Assembly (NCBI GenBank): GCA_035403825.1
Contig: DAONFX010000001.1
Coordinates: 22,043 to 86,042, forward strand
From: Anaerolineaceae bacterium
GTDB lineage: Bacteria > Chloroflexota > Anaerolineae > Anaerolineales > Anaerolineaceae
Length of the DNA stretch: 64,000 nt
Direction of reading: 5' to 3'
Positions 48,230 through 56,472 of this stretch are shown one piece after another. The notes under the pieces were generated by a model. The model was not told where the DNA came from. It did no database searches and saw only the letters and a list, made by a program, of their open reading frames with translations. A program made the position numbers and the translations under genes. Each line of letters begins with the position of its first letter. The first letter of the stretch is position 1.

Positions 48230-48533
48230 AATAGAACTGTCCTGGCTTGTGGAGGAAGTCGTCAGGACGGGGTTTTCCTCATAACTATGCCCCTGATCTC
48301 TACTGTTCGATAAGGTTTCACACTTGCCCGAACCCAGACCCTTTTCCAGCGGCAAGCGGATTCTATTTAGCCGCAGTCCAGCCGCTGGGTCTAAGTGGTA
48401 GAGGAAAAAGACTGCTATTCCCTTGTATGTGAGGGTATGAATCATCCCATGTAAACAAAGCTTGGAGGAATCGAATGAGGAGTTCATTGCTCCTAACTTA
48501 AATCAGGACACTTCGATTTTGCAATTTCAGGAC
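48230..48533 (+). other. Family-2 conserved non-coding element, copy A (candidate structured RNA or regulatory module) upstream of apgM
   Basis: Aligns along about 300 nt with 57970-58263.
- **Shared blocks:** GTCCTG..GTGGAnGAAGnCGTCAGGA, GCGGCAAGCGG, CCGCTGGG, CTGCTATTnCCTTGTnTGT, GGTAT, GCTCCT, ATTTCAG.
- **Shared hairpins:** 48239-48268, and TTGCC/GGCAA.
- **Not coding:** conservation does not preserve a reading frame. Confidence 0.6.
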
Positions 48534-48567
48534 ATTATTCCTTTACTCTTACAGTATCATCATTCAG

Positions 48568-48596
48568 TTGTTATCGACGTTATTTGCGCCTATAAT
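48568..48596 (+). promoter_or_regulatory. Candidate apgM promoter
   Basis: TTGTTA, 17 nt, TATAAT. The -10 hexamer ends 36 nt upstream of the start codon. AAAGGAG RBS. Confidence 0.45.
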
Positions 48597-48632
48597 TAGA
48601 CCTCAGTCACAAGAATTCAAAGGAGACTTAAG

Positions 48633-49844
48633 ATGGACTTCGATGTCATCAAACCACTGCTGAAAGAAGACCAAAAATCCAAGATTGTTCTGCTTGTCAT
48701 GGACGGACTTGGCGGGCTGCCCATGACCGAAGGCGGCAAAACTGAACTGGAAAGCGCTGTCAAGCCAAATATGGACGCGCTGGCTGCCAAATCTGTGCTC
48801 GGCGCGCACCATCCCCTGCCCTTTGGACTGACCCCTGGGAGCGGCGCTGCGCATCTCGGTTTGTTCGGCTTTGACCCGATTAAGTACGAAATCGGACGCG
48901 GCGTGCTTTCAGCGCTGGGCGTTGATTTCGATCTGCAAAAGGGCGACGTGGCCGCGCGCGGGAACTTCTGCACCGTCGATTCCGAAGGCGTCATCACTGA
49001 CCGGCGCGCCGGCCGCATCCCTACCGAAGTGGGCGAAGAACTTTGCCGGAAACTGGTGGAGAAAGTGCGCATCCCCGGCGTGGAAGTCATTCTGCAGGTC
49101 GAGAAAGAATACCGCTTTGTATTTATCTTGCGCGGCGAAGGCCTGAGCGGCGAAGTAAGCGACACGGACCCGCAGGCAGTCGGGAAGAAAGCCCACATTG
49201 CCAAAGCAGCAGTCCCCCAGGCAGAAAAAACAGCTGAATTCATTCGTGAATTTGTGCGCCAGGGGAATGAAATCCTGGCTGCTGAACACCCCGCCAACAG
49301 CTTCGTGCTGCGCGGCTTCGCCCAGCTGCCCAAGTGGCCGACGTTCGGCGAAATCTGGGGCGTAAACCCGGTTGCCATCGCGATGTACCCCATGTACCGC
49401 GGTGTCGCCAAGGTGGTCGGGATGACCGTGCTGGAAGCCGCGGCCTCGATGGACGAAGAAATCACGATGCTTGAACAGAATTGGGAAAAGCACGATTTCT
49501 TCTTCGTGCACATCAAGAAGACCGACAGCTACGGCGAAGACGGAAATTTTGACGCGAAAGTTCATATCATCGAGGAAGTGGACGCGCTCCTGCCGCGCAT
49601 CCTCGCTCTGGACCCGGACGTGCTGATTATCACCGGAGACCACTCCACGCCGGCTAAATTGCGCGCGCACTCCTGGCATCCCGTCCCGACGATGATTTAC
49701 AGCAAGAACTGCCTGCCGGATGGACTGACGACCTACGGTGAGCGCACTTGCGCCAAGGGCAGCCTTGGTTCGCGCTTTGAAGCGACTGACCTGATGCCCT
49801 ATGCGCTGGCGCATGCCTTAAGGCTGGAAAAGTTCGGCGCCTAA
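48633..49844 (+). CDS. apgM: Cofactor-independent phosphoglycerate mutase, archaeal ApgM type. Some members of this family have been proposed to be homoserine kinases.
   Basis: KIVLLVMDGLGG, ITGDHSTP, 403 aa. Confidence 0.8.
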   Translation: MDFDVIKPLLKEDQKSKIVLLVMDGLGGLPMTEGGKTELESAVKPNMDALAAKSVLGAHHPLPFGLTPGSGAAHLGLFGFDPIKYEIGRGVLSALGVDFDLQKGDVAARGNFCTVDSEGVITDRRAGRIPTEVGEELCRKLVEKVRIPGVEVILQVEKEYRFVFILRGEGLSGEVSDTDPQAVGKKAHIAKAAVPQAEKTAEFIREFVRQGNEILAAEHPANSFVLRGFAQLPKWPTFGEIWGVNPVAIAMYPMYRGVAKVVGMTVLEAAASMDEEITMLEQNWEKHDFFFVHIKKTDSYGEDGNFDAKVHIIEEVDALLPRILALDPDVLIITGDHSTPAKLRAHSWHPVPTMIYSKNCLPDGLTTYGERTCAKGSLGSRFEATDLMPYALAHALRLEKFGA

Positions 49845-49867
49845 GCCCAATTTACCGCAAACCAAAA

Positions 49868-50015
49868 GGCTGTCCAAAAAGAACGCGTTTTTCTTTTTGG
49901 ACAGCCAAAAGTAGGAGCATGTGCCTGTTTCAGGCGTCGTTTTGCTAGCGCAAATCTGCAAACGCGCATGAAAACGGGCGCAACCAAGGAGGCTGTCCGA
50001 CTTATGGGATAGGCC
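49868..50015 (-). repeat. Family-1 intergenic repeat, copy 4 (inverted; lacks the first CCCACTCC block)
   Basis: GGCTGTCCAAAAAGAACGCGTTTTTCTTTTTGGACAGCC (16-bp stem). The reverse complement carries CGCCTGAAACAGGCA, TTTGCAGATTTGCGC, GCCCGTTTT and the hairpin GGCCTATCCCATAAGTCGGACAGCC. Confidence 0.8.
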
Positions 50016-50082
50016 TTCTTTGTTTTAGACCAAAAATGAATCAGGAATAAGCCGGTGCGATTGGATGAGCATGAGGAAAAAC

Positions 50083-50874
50083 CTACAGCTCATACTGAGC
50101 CGGCCGGCGGTCCGCAAAGAGGTTGTTGCCGGGGCCGAAATTCTTATTTGAGGCCTGCTGCAGGTCGACATCGACAATTCGCACAGCTTGGTCGTCCTCT
50201 CCCGCCTGCCCCAAAAGTTCTACTTTGGGGGAGAGTATTTGCGATCTGCCCGTAAAACGCAAGGACTGCCCCTGTCCGCTTTCCGCGCCGGTGCGGTTGG
50301 CGGTGATACTGAAAACGGCATTTTCCAGGCTGCGGGTGCGCATGGCGCTCTGGCACCAGGGTAGCACCAGGTTGGCGGGGTGGCAGATTAATTGCGCGCC
50401 TTTCAGTGCCAGGCTGCGGGCTGCTTCCGGGAAAACCCAGTCAAAACAAATCATCATCCCCAGGTGGACATTGCGGTAATTCACCACCGGGAAGCCGCAA
50501 TTACCAGGGAGGAACAGCGCTTTTTCAGTGTTGAACAAATGCACTTTCCGGTATACGCACAGCACACCCCTCCCGTCAACCGCGGCGGCCGAATTGTACA
50601 AGCCCTCCGGAGCGCGTTCGCTGAAGCCGCTGACGATGCAGGCGCGATGCCGCGCGGCAAGTTCTCTCAAGCCGCTCAGGGTTACGCCGCTCCCATCCCC
50701 GGGCTCGCTAAGCTCGTACAGTTCCGCCGGGTCATCAAAGAGATAGCCGGTAGAGGCAAGTTCCGGCAGGACAATCAGGTCAAATTCACAGTCCTCCAGC
50801 GCCGCGCTGATGGTGCTGAGGTTTGCGTTCACGTCCCCGCGGCGGGGGCTGAATTGGAAAAAGCCGATTTTCAT
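50083..50874 (-). CDS. Carbon-nitrogen hydrolase (nitrilase superfamily)
   Basis: MKIGFFQF..., VLPELASTGY (Glu), MMICFDWVFPE (Cys). Start at ATG 50874 after GGAGG. Confidence 0.85.
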   Translation of the reverse strand: MKIGFFQFSPRRGDVNANLSTISAALEDCEFDLIVLPELASTGYLFDDPAELYELSEPGDGSGVTLSGLRELAARHRACIVSGFSERAPEGLYNSAAAVDGRGVLCVYRKVHLFNTEKALFLPGNCGFPVVNYRNVHLGMMICFDWVFPEAARSLALKGAQLICHPANLVLPWCQSAMRTRSLENAVFSITANRTGAESGQGQSLRFTGRSQILSPKVELLGQAGEDDQAVRIVDVDLQQASNKNFGPGNNLFADRRPAQYEL

Positions 50875-50933
50875 GCTCGCCTCCAGTGTACAATACAAAT
50901 ATCTGTACCAAGTGTACAGGGAAGGATAAGCTC

Positions 50934-51977
50934 ATGTCAAAGGAATTTGAAGCGCTGTTATATGAAAAGCTGCCGGAAAACAAGGTGCGCTGCCAACTTT
51001 GCGCGCATAATTGTCTGATTGCTGAAGGCAAGCGCGGCATCTGCAAGGTGCGCGAAAACAGGGCAGGGGTGCTTTATTCGCTTACTTACGGAAGATTAAT
51101 TGCCGCGCACGTGGACCCGATCGAGAAGAAACCGCTGTTTCACTTTTACCCGGGCAGCCGCAGCTTTTCGGTCGCGTCGCCCGGATGCAACTTTGACTGC
51201 CAGTGGTGCCAAAACTGGGAAATCTCGCAGGGCGACAGCGCGGCTGCTGCTGCGCGCTGCCCCTATACACCCGCGAAGGACGTGGTCAGTTCCGCGCTTC
51301 ACGGCGGCTGCCGCAGTATCTCCTATACCTATACCGAACCGACCGTCTTCTTCGAGTACAGCCAGGATGTCGGCCGGCTGGCCCGTGAGGCAGGCTTGAA
51401 AAACGTGTATGTTAGCAACGGCTATATGAGCCCGGAGACGATTTCCTTGCTCAGGGATTGGCTGGACGCCGCGAATGTGGATGTTAAGGCATTCTCGGAT
51501 GAAGTTTATCGGAAGCATATTGGCGCGCGCTTGCAGCCGGTGCTGGAAGCCTGTGTGCGCCTAAAAGAAGCGGGGGTCTGGCTGGAAATCACGACGCTTT
51601 TAATCCCGGGTTTGAATGATGATGAAGCACAACTGCGCGGCCTGACCCGGTTCATTGCGCGTGAGCTCGGCCAGGACATCCCCTGGCACGTCAGCCGCTA
51701 CTTCCCACAGTACAAATACCAGGACGCTGAGGTTACCAGCCTGGCGAGCATAGAAAACGCTCTGGAAATCGGCAAAGAGGAAGGCCTGAAATATACCTAC
51801 GCCGGAAACGTGGCCGGTTCGGCGGATACGCTCTGCCCGCAGTGCGGGGCAACCCTAATAGAACGCAGCGGCATGAGCGTCTTCAGTAATCGCATCAAAG
51901 CGCCGGGCTTGTGCCCGGAATGCGGCGCCGTGATAGCCGGCGTGGGTTTGGCTGCTTCGGAAGCAAGCTTAGGCTAA
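50934..51977 (+). CDS. AmmeMemoRadiSam-type radical SAM enzyme (PFL-activase-like)
   Basis: RCQLCAHNCLIAEGKRGICKVREN, DPIEKKPLFHFYPGS, CNFDCQWCQNWEIS (CX3CX2C), C-terminal CPQCG..CPECG. Start at ATG 50934. Confidence 0.75.
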   Translation: MSKEFEALLYEKLPENKVRCQLCAHNCLIAEGKRGICKVRENRAGVLYSLTYGRLIAAHVDPIEKKPLFHFYPGSRSFSVASPGCNFDCQWCQNWEISQGDSAAAAARCPYTPAKDVVSSALHGGCRSISYTYTEPTVFFEYSQDVGRLAREAGLKNVYVSNGYMSPETISLLRDWLDAANVDVKAFSDEVYRKHIGARLQPVLEACVRLKEAGVWLEITTLLIPGLNDDEAQLRGLTRFIARELGQDIPWHVSRYFPQYKYQDAEVTSLASIENALEIGKEEGLKYTYAGNVAGSADTLCPQCGATLIERSGMSVFSNRIKAPGLCPECGAVIAGVGLAASEASLG

Positions 51978-53513
51978 ATCCGGCGTCAGCGCGGCAAATT
52001 TCCCCGCCTGCACGAGCGCGAGCATCTTTTCCAGATGCGGATGCAGCATGCTGTCCTGCGGGATAAAGGGGACCTCAGTGCGGATTAACGCGTAAGCCTG
52101 GCGGGTGACCGCTCCCATCTGTGCTTCCGGCTGCTTTTGGAGGCGGAAATCCAGCGCCTGGGCGGCGCAAAAGAGCTCAATCGCCACGATGGTTGCAAGG
52201 TTCTTTACAATTTCGCGGCAGTGCAGCGCGGCATTGGGACCCATGGAGACATGGTCCTCAACATTGCCGGAGGACGGGATGCTGTCGGTGCTGGCGGGGT
52301 GGGAAAGCGTCTTATTCTCCGAGCTGAGCGCCGCGGCAGTGTATTGCAGCAGCATGAAGCCGGAATTCACACCGCCGTGCTCGGTCAGGAAGGGCGGGTA
52401 GGTGAGTGAGTCGCAGCGGCTGTCCACCAGTTTGGCAATGCGCCGTTCGGAAATGTTGCCCAGGTCTGTCAGGGCGATGTTCAAGAAGTCCAGACAAAAC
52501 GCCAGCGGTTCGCCGTGGAAGTTCCCGCCGGAAATGATAAGCGGGCTGCCGTCCTCGGACTGGAAAACCAGGGGATTATCCGTTACGGAGTTCAGCTCGA
52601 TGCTGATCGTCTCGCGGGCCTGGTCGAGCACGTGCTGGACCGCCCCGTGCACCTGCGGAATGCAGCGCAGGGTATACGCATCCTGAATGTTTTTGGGGTC
52701 GTGTGGACGGACGAACTGGCTGCCCTGAAGAAGCAAACGAAAGAGTGCCGCGGTTTCCTGCTGGCCCGGCTGCGGGCGCAAGCGATGGACGTCCTCGTGA
52801 AAGGCCCACAAAGTGCCGTTTTGGGCTTCGAGCGTCAGAGCTGCGGCGAGGTTGGATGTGCGTAAAAGGACTTCGGTTTGCGCGCAGAGCAGGGCGCCCA
52901 TGGCGGTCATCAGGGTGGTGCCGTTGGTAAGCGCCAGGCCTTCTTTGGCGGCCAGACGCACAGGCGCAAGCCCTGACGCGGCCAGTGCATCCGCTGCAGG
53001 CATTTCCCGGCCTTGCCAGCGTACGCGGCCTTTGCCAATCAGGGGCAGTGCCATGTGTGCCAGGGGAGCCAGGTCGCCGCTGGCGCCCAACGAACCTTTT
53101 TCCGGGATGAGCGGGATGATGTTGGCGTTCAATAATGCCAGCAGAAGCTGGAGGGTTTCCAGACGGATGCCGGAATAGCCGCGGGCGAGCGTGTTGGCGC
53201 GGATGAGCATCATGGCGCGCGCTGTCTCGTCGTTCAGGAAATCGCCGACTCCGACCGCATGGCTGAGGAGGATGTTTTCCTGCAGGGTTTCCACCTGGTC
53301 TGGCGGGATAACGCGGTCCTTGAAGGCGCCGAAGCCGGTCGTGATACCGTAAGCGATTTCACCTTTGGCTGCCAGTTCAGCCACAGCGTTTGCAGATTTT
53401 TGGATGCCCGGGATGCAAGCCTCGGAAAGCTGCACCCGGGTTTCTGGATGGCTCGCAACATGCTGGACCTGCTCAATTGTCAGGGACTGACCGTCCAGGA
53501 AAATTTGCGTCAT
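51969..53513 (-). CDS. hutH: Histidine ammonia-lyase
   Basis: GSLGASGDLAPLAH (the ASG triad that forms MIO), 514 aa. The 3' end overlaps the convergent radical SAM gene by 9 bp. Confidence 0.95.
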   Translation of the reverse strand: MTQIFLDGQSLTIEQVQHVASHPETRVQLSEACIPGIQKSANAVAELAAKGEIAYGITTGFGAFKDRVIPPDQVETLQENILLSHAVGVGDFLNDETARAMMLIRANTLARGYSGIRLETLQLLLALLNANIIPLIPEKGSLGASGDLAPLAHMALPLIGKGRVRWQGREMPAADALAASGLAPVRLAAKEGLALTNGTTLMTAMGALLCAQTEVLLRTSNLAAALTLEAQNGTLWAFHEDVHRLRPQPGQQETAALFRLLLQGSQFVRPHDPKNIQDAYTLRCIPQVHGAVQHVLDQARETISIELNSVTDNPLVFQSEDGSPLIISGGNFHGEPLAFCLDFLNIALTDLGNISERRIAKLVDSRCDSLTYPPFLTEHGGVNSGFMLLQYTAAALSSENKTLSHPASTDSIPSSGNVEDHVSMGPNAALHCREIVKNLATIVAIELFCAAQALDFRLQKQPEAQMGAVTRQAYALIRTEVPFIPQDSMLHPHLEKMLALVQAGKFAALTPDLA

Positions 53514-53538
53514 TGGCTGCTCTCCGCGCGAAATTCGT

Positions 53539-54051
53539 TCAGGATTCGGTAATGATGACTGTGTTTAGTGTAACCGCCGGCGAATCAATCAGGCTCGGGT
53601 CGCGCGGGGAAATAGCAAAGAGCACATCCAGCCCCTTAACAACCTGACCGAAGACAGCATGCTTACCGTCCAGCCAGGGTGTGGGGACGTGGGTAATGAA
53701 GAACTGCGAGCCGTTGGTGTTCGGGCCGGCATTGGCCATGGAGAGCACGCCGGGCTTGTCGTGGCGCAGTTTCGGGTCAAATTCGTCGCGGAATTTGTAG
53801 CCGGGGCCGCCGCGGCCGGTGCCGGTCGGATCCCCGCCTTGGGCCATGAAGTCCGCGATAACGCGGTGGAAGATGGTGCCGTCATAAAAGCCCTGCCGGG
53901 CGAGAAAAACGAAGTTATTGACGGTGCGGGGCACGTTCTTCGCGTACAGGTCAATGACAATATCGCCTTTGCTGGTGCGCAGGGTAGCCTGGTAATTTTT
54001 GGTGGGGTCCAACTGCATTGTGGGCTCTGACTGCCATTGTAAGGAACTCAT
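53539..54051 (-). CDS. ppiB: Cyclophilin-type peptidyl-prolyl cis-trans isomerase
   Basis: [33 protein letters not shown]. Confidence 0.9.
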   Translation of the reverse strand: MSSLQWQSEPTMQLDPTKNYQATLRTSKGDIVIDLYAKNVPRTVNNFVFLARQGFYDGTIFHRVIADFMAQGGDPTGTGRGGPGYKFRDEFDPKLRHDKPGVLSMANAGPNTNGSQFFITHVPTPWLDGKHAVFGQVVKGLDVLFAISPRDPSLIDSPAVTLNTVIITES

Positions 54052-54239
54052 ACTGCCTCCGAGGTGTTTTCGTCTATTGTAGCATCAAACCCGGAGGGAA
54101 CCCGCACTGCATGCGTCGTCCTGCGCGCGTTTACAGAGGACAGCACCCGAAACTAAGCAGCACTGCGATTATTTCTACGCGCTGCTGGTTAGCGAATGGA
54201 GGTCTTGGAGTAGAAATCGGCGGCCGACTGGGAGGAAGG

Positions 54240-54716
54240 TCAAGCGCTTTCGTTGTTCAGGATATCCAGCAGAGAAAGGATTTCTTCGTTGGCGGGAATA
54301 TCGGTCATGTCATGCCCATAGTGGATGTAGCGCACCAGTCCGGATTTATCCACGATAATCTGCCCGGGCATACGCCCCAGCTTGAAGATGTTGACCTGCT
54401 GTCCCATGAGTTTGAGAACGGTGTGGGTAGGGTCGGGCAAACCGATAAAGGGCAGCTTTTCTTTGGTGAAGTACGCAGTGAAGGCTTCGGGGCTTTCAGG
54501 GCCAATCACCATAATTTGCGCGCCGGCAGCAAGGAAATTTTCGTAGTCACGGCGCAACTGCGCCATATGCCGTTGGCAGAATGGTCAGGTGAATCCGCGG
54601 TTTAGAATGAGGATGACATGATGGACGCCTTTGAAATCCGACAGCCTGACCGGATTGCCGTGGACATCCACAAGACTGAAATCCGGAGAAGGGAGATTAA
54701 GGGTTACGAGAGTCAT
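54240..54716 (-). CDS. Peroxiredoxin-like (AhpC/TSA, PRX_like2-type) thiol-disulfide oxidoreductase with in-frame TGA at the first redox position. This is a candidate selenoprotein (UxxC); the alternative is a nonsense-disrupted pseudogene.
   Basis: - **Upstream translation (own, from ATG 54716):** MTLVTLNLPSPDFSLVDVHGNPVRLSDFKGVHHVILILNRGFT-TGA-PFCQRH.
- **Continuity:** this continues in frame into track ORF 54240-54566 (MAQLRRDYENF...).
- **TGA position:** 54585-54587 in plus-strand coordinates.
- **Family fit:** both halves match one thioredoxin-fold family. Confidence 0.6.
54549..54566 (-). promoter_or_regulatory. Candidate bacterial SECIS-like hairpin downstream of the in-frame UGA
   Basis: The mRNA reads AUGGCGC-AGUU-GCGCCGU, a 7-bp stem including one G-U pair. 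The apical loop contains GU and lies 29-32 nt from the U of UGA. Confidence 0.35.
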
Positions 54717-54740
54717 CGATGACCTTTCAGAAACCGTGCT

Positions 54741-55568
54741 CTACCCTTTGACGGCGCCGCCGAGCATGCCGCGAATGAAGAAGCGCTGGAAGAGAATATA
54801 CACAATCACGGTCGGCAGCGCGACAATCAGGGCGCCGGCTGCCAACAGGGGAATATTAGCGGTATATTTCCCCTGGAAGAAGGCCAGCCCGACCGGCAGC
54901 GTACGCAGAGTTTCATCCTGGATCAGCACGAGCGCGAGCAGGAATTCATTCCAGGTCCACATGAAGATTAGCACGACCAGGGTGGTTACAGATGGTTTGG
55001 CCAGCGGCCAGAGCACCCGCCAGAGCGTTTGCCAGCGGCTGCAGCCGTCCATGGCGGCCGCGTCCACCAAATCACGCGGGGCGTTTTCGAAAAAGGAAGT
55101 CATCCAGAGCGTGCCGAAAGAGACGCTGAGCCCGATTTGGGGGAGTATCAGCGCCCAATAGGAGTCGCGCAGACCTAAAAGATCCAGGAAATGATAAAGG
55201 GGAATGATGACTGCCTCGAAAGGTACCATGTATCCGAGCAGGATCAGCGGAAAAAGCCAGCGTTTCCCGGGCAGCGGCAGCAAACCAAACGCGTAACCCG
55301 TCAGCACCGACAGAAAAACACTGGCGGCGACCACAGCAATGGAAACGATGACACTGTTCTTGAAGAAGATGTTGAAACGCCCTGTGAACCAGGCTTGTCT
55401 GAAGTTATCCAAATTCCAGGTCTGCGGCAGGCTGAAGGGACCCTGAATAAGCTGGGTGTCGGTCTTGAACGCGCCGAGGAACAGCCCGGAAATCGGCAGC
55501 AGCACCATGAACGAGAAGAAGACCAGCAGCAGGTAGCGGGGAACCAGATTTTTCACGCGGCCGTTCAT
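54741..55568 (-). CDS. Carbohydrate ABC transporter permease (MalG-like)
   Basis: 275 aa, 6 TM helices, binding-protein-dependent transport inner-membrane component pattern (DAAAMDGCSRWQTLWRVLWPL). Confidence 0.9.
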   Translation of the reverse strand: MNGRVKNLVPRYLLLVFFSFMVLLPISGLFLGAFKTDTQLIQGPFSLPQTWNLDNFRQAWFTGRFNIFFKNSVIVSIAVVAASVFLSVLTGYAFGLLPLPGKRWLFPLILLGYMVPFEAVIIPLYHFLDLLGLRDSYWALILPQIGLSVSFGTLWMTSFFENAPRDLVDAAAMDGCSRWQTLWRVLWPLAKPSVTTLVVLIFMWTWNEFLLALVLIQDETLRTLPVGLAFFQGKYTANIPLLAAGALIVALPTVIVYILFQRFFIRGMLGGAVKG

Positions 55569-56467
55569 GCGCTTTCCTCTTCATTTCCGGTTTGCAGGCG
55601 GCGGATGAGCAGGGAAACCGCCAGAATCATCAGCATCAGGAGCGTCGCGATAGCGGAGGCGTACCCAATCCGGTTTTGCTGGAAGGCGGAGCGGTAAATC
55701 AGGAAGCCGACCACCAGCGTGGCGTTGCCTGGTCCGCCGCGCGTTGTGACGTAAACCAAATCAAAGACGCGCAGCGCGGCGATGATGGTGGTGACCAGCG
55801 CGACGCCGATTTCCGCGCGCAGACCGGGAATGGTGATGTGCACGAACTGCTGGAAAGCGTTCGCGCCGTCCAGGCTGGAAGCTTCGTAATACTCTTCCGA
55901 TATGTGCTGCATCCCCGCGAGAAAGAGGATCATGCAAAAGCCGTACTGTACCCAGGTGCCGATGGAACCGACCGCCGGCAGAGCCAAGGCAAAGTCGCCC
56001 AGCCAGGCGCGTGTTAGGCCGCTCAAGCCCAGCGCGTTCAGCAGGATGTTGAGCGGCCCAAATTGCGGGTTGAAAATCCAGCGCCAGATCACGCCCACGA
56101 CGACCATGCTGATGACTTGGGGGAGGAAGAGCACCGTGCGAAAAAAGGTCATTCCGGGCAGCGCTCTGCGGCTGAGGACGGATGCCAGCAGCAGACCGAT
56201 GAAGACCGGCAAAACGCAGTAAAACAGGATGAATACCAGGTTGTGCAGAAACGCGCTGGTAAATTGGGCGTCGGAAAACACCATCTGGTAGTTTTGCAGC
56301 CCGACCCAGGTTCGCTGCGCGCTGAAGCCGTTCCACTCGTAAAAACTGGTACGGACGGTTTCAAGGATTGGATAAAAAGTGAAAGCGAGATAGATCAAGA
56401 GTCCGGGCAGCAGATAGAGCCACCCTTTCCATTTGTTTTCGCCTGGGTAAGCCTGGTTTGCACGCAT
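55565..56467 (-). CDS. Carbohydrate ABC transporter permease (MalF-like)
   Basis: 300 aa, 6 TM helices, EASSLDGANAFQQFVHITIPGL EAA-type loop. Confidence 0.9.
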   Translation of the reverse strand: MRANQAYPGENKWKGWLYLLPGLLIYLAFTFYPILETVRTSFYEWNGFSAQRTWVGLQNYQMVFSDAQFTSAFLHNLVFILFYCVLPVFIGLLLASVLSRRALPGMTFFRTVLFLPQVISMVVVGVIWRWIFNPQFGPLNILLNALGLSGLTRAWLGDFALALPAVGSIGTWVQYGFCMILFLAGMQHISEEYYEASSLDGANAFQQFVHITIPGLRAEIGVALVTTIIAALRVFDLVYVTTRGGPGNATLVVGFLIYRSAFQQNRIGYASAIATLLMLMILAVSLLIRRLQTGNEEESA

Positions 56468-56472
56468 GGGGT

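Noticed and set aside
48251-48270. GAAGTCGTCAGGACGG resembles the B12-box end of cobalamin riboswitches.
   Set aside because: The rest of the cobalamin aptamer (GCCACTG core, the GGGAA/GGTG region upstream) is absent. The motif sits at the 5' end of the element rather than near the 3' end, and the downstream genes are unrelated to cobalamin.
48247-48432. ORFs of 61 aa (48247-48432) and 72 aa (57993-58211) inside the family-2 elements, as possible paralogous small proteins.
   Set aside because: Only the termini look alike as peptides. The central conserved nucleotide blocks are read in different frames in the two copies, and the substitution pattern shows no third-position bias.
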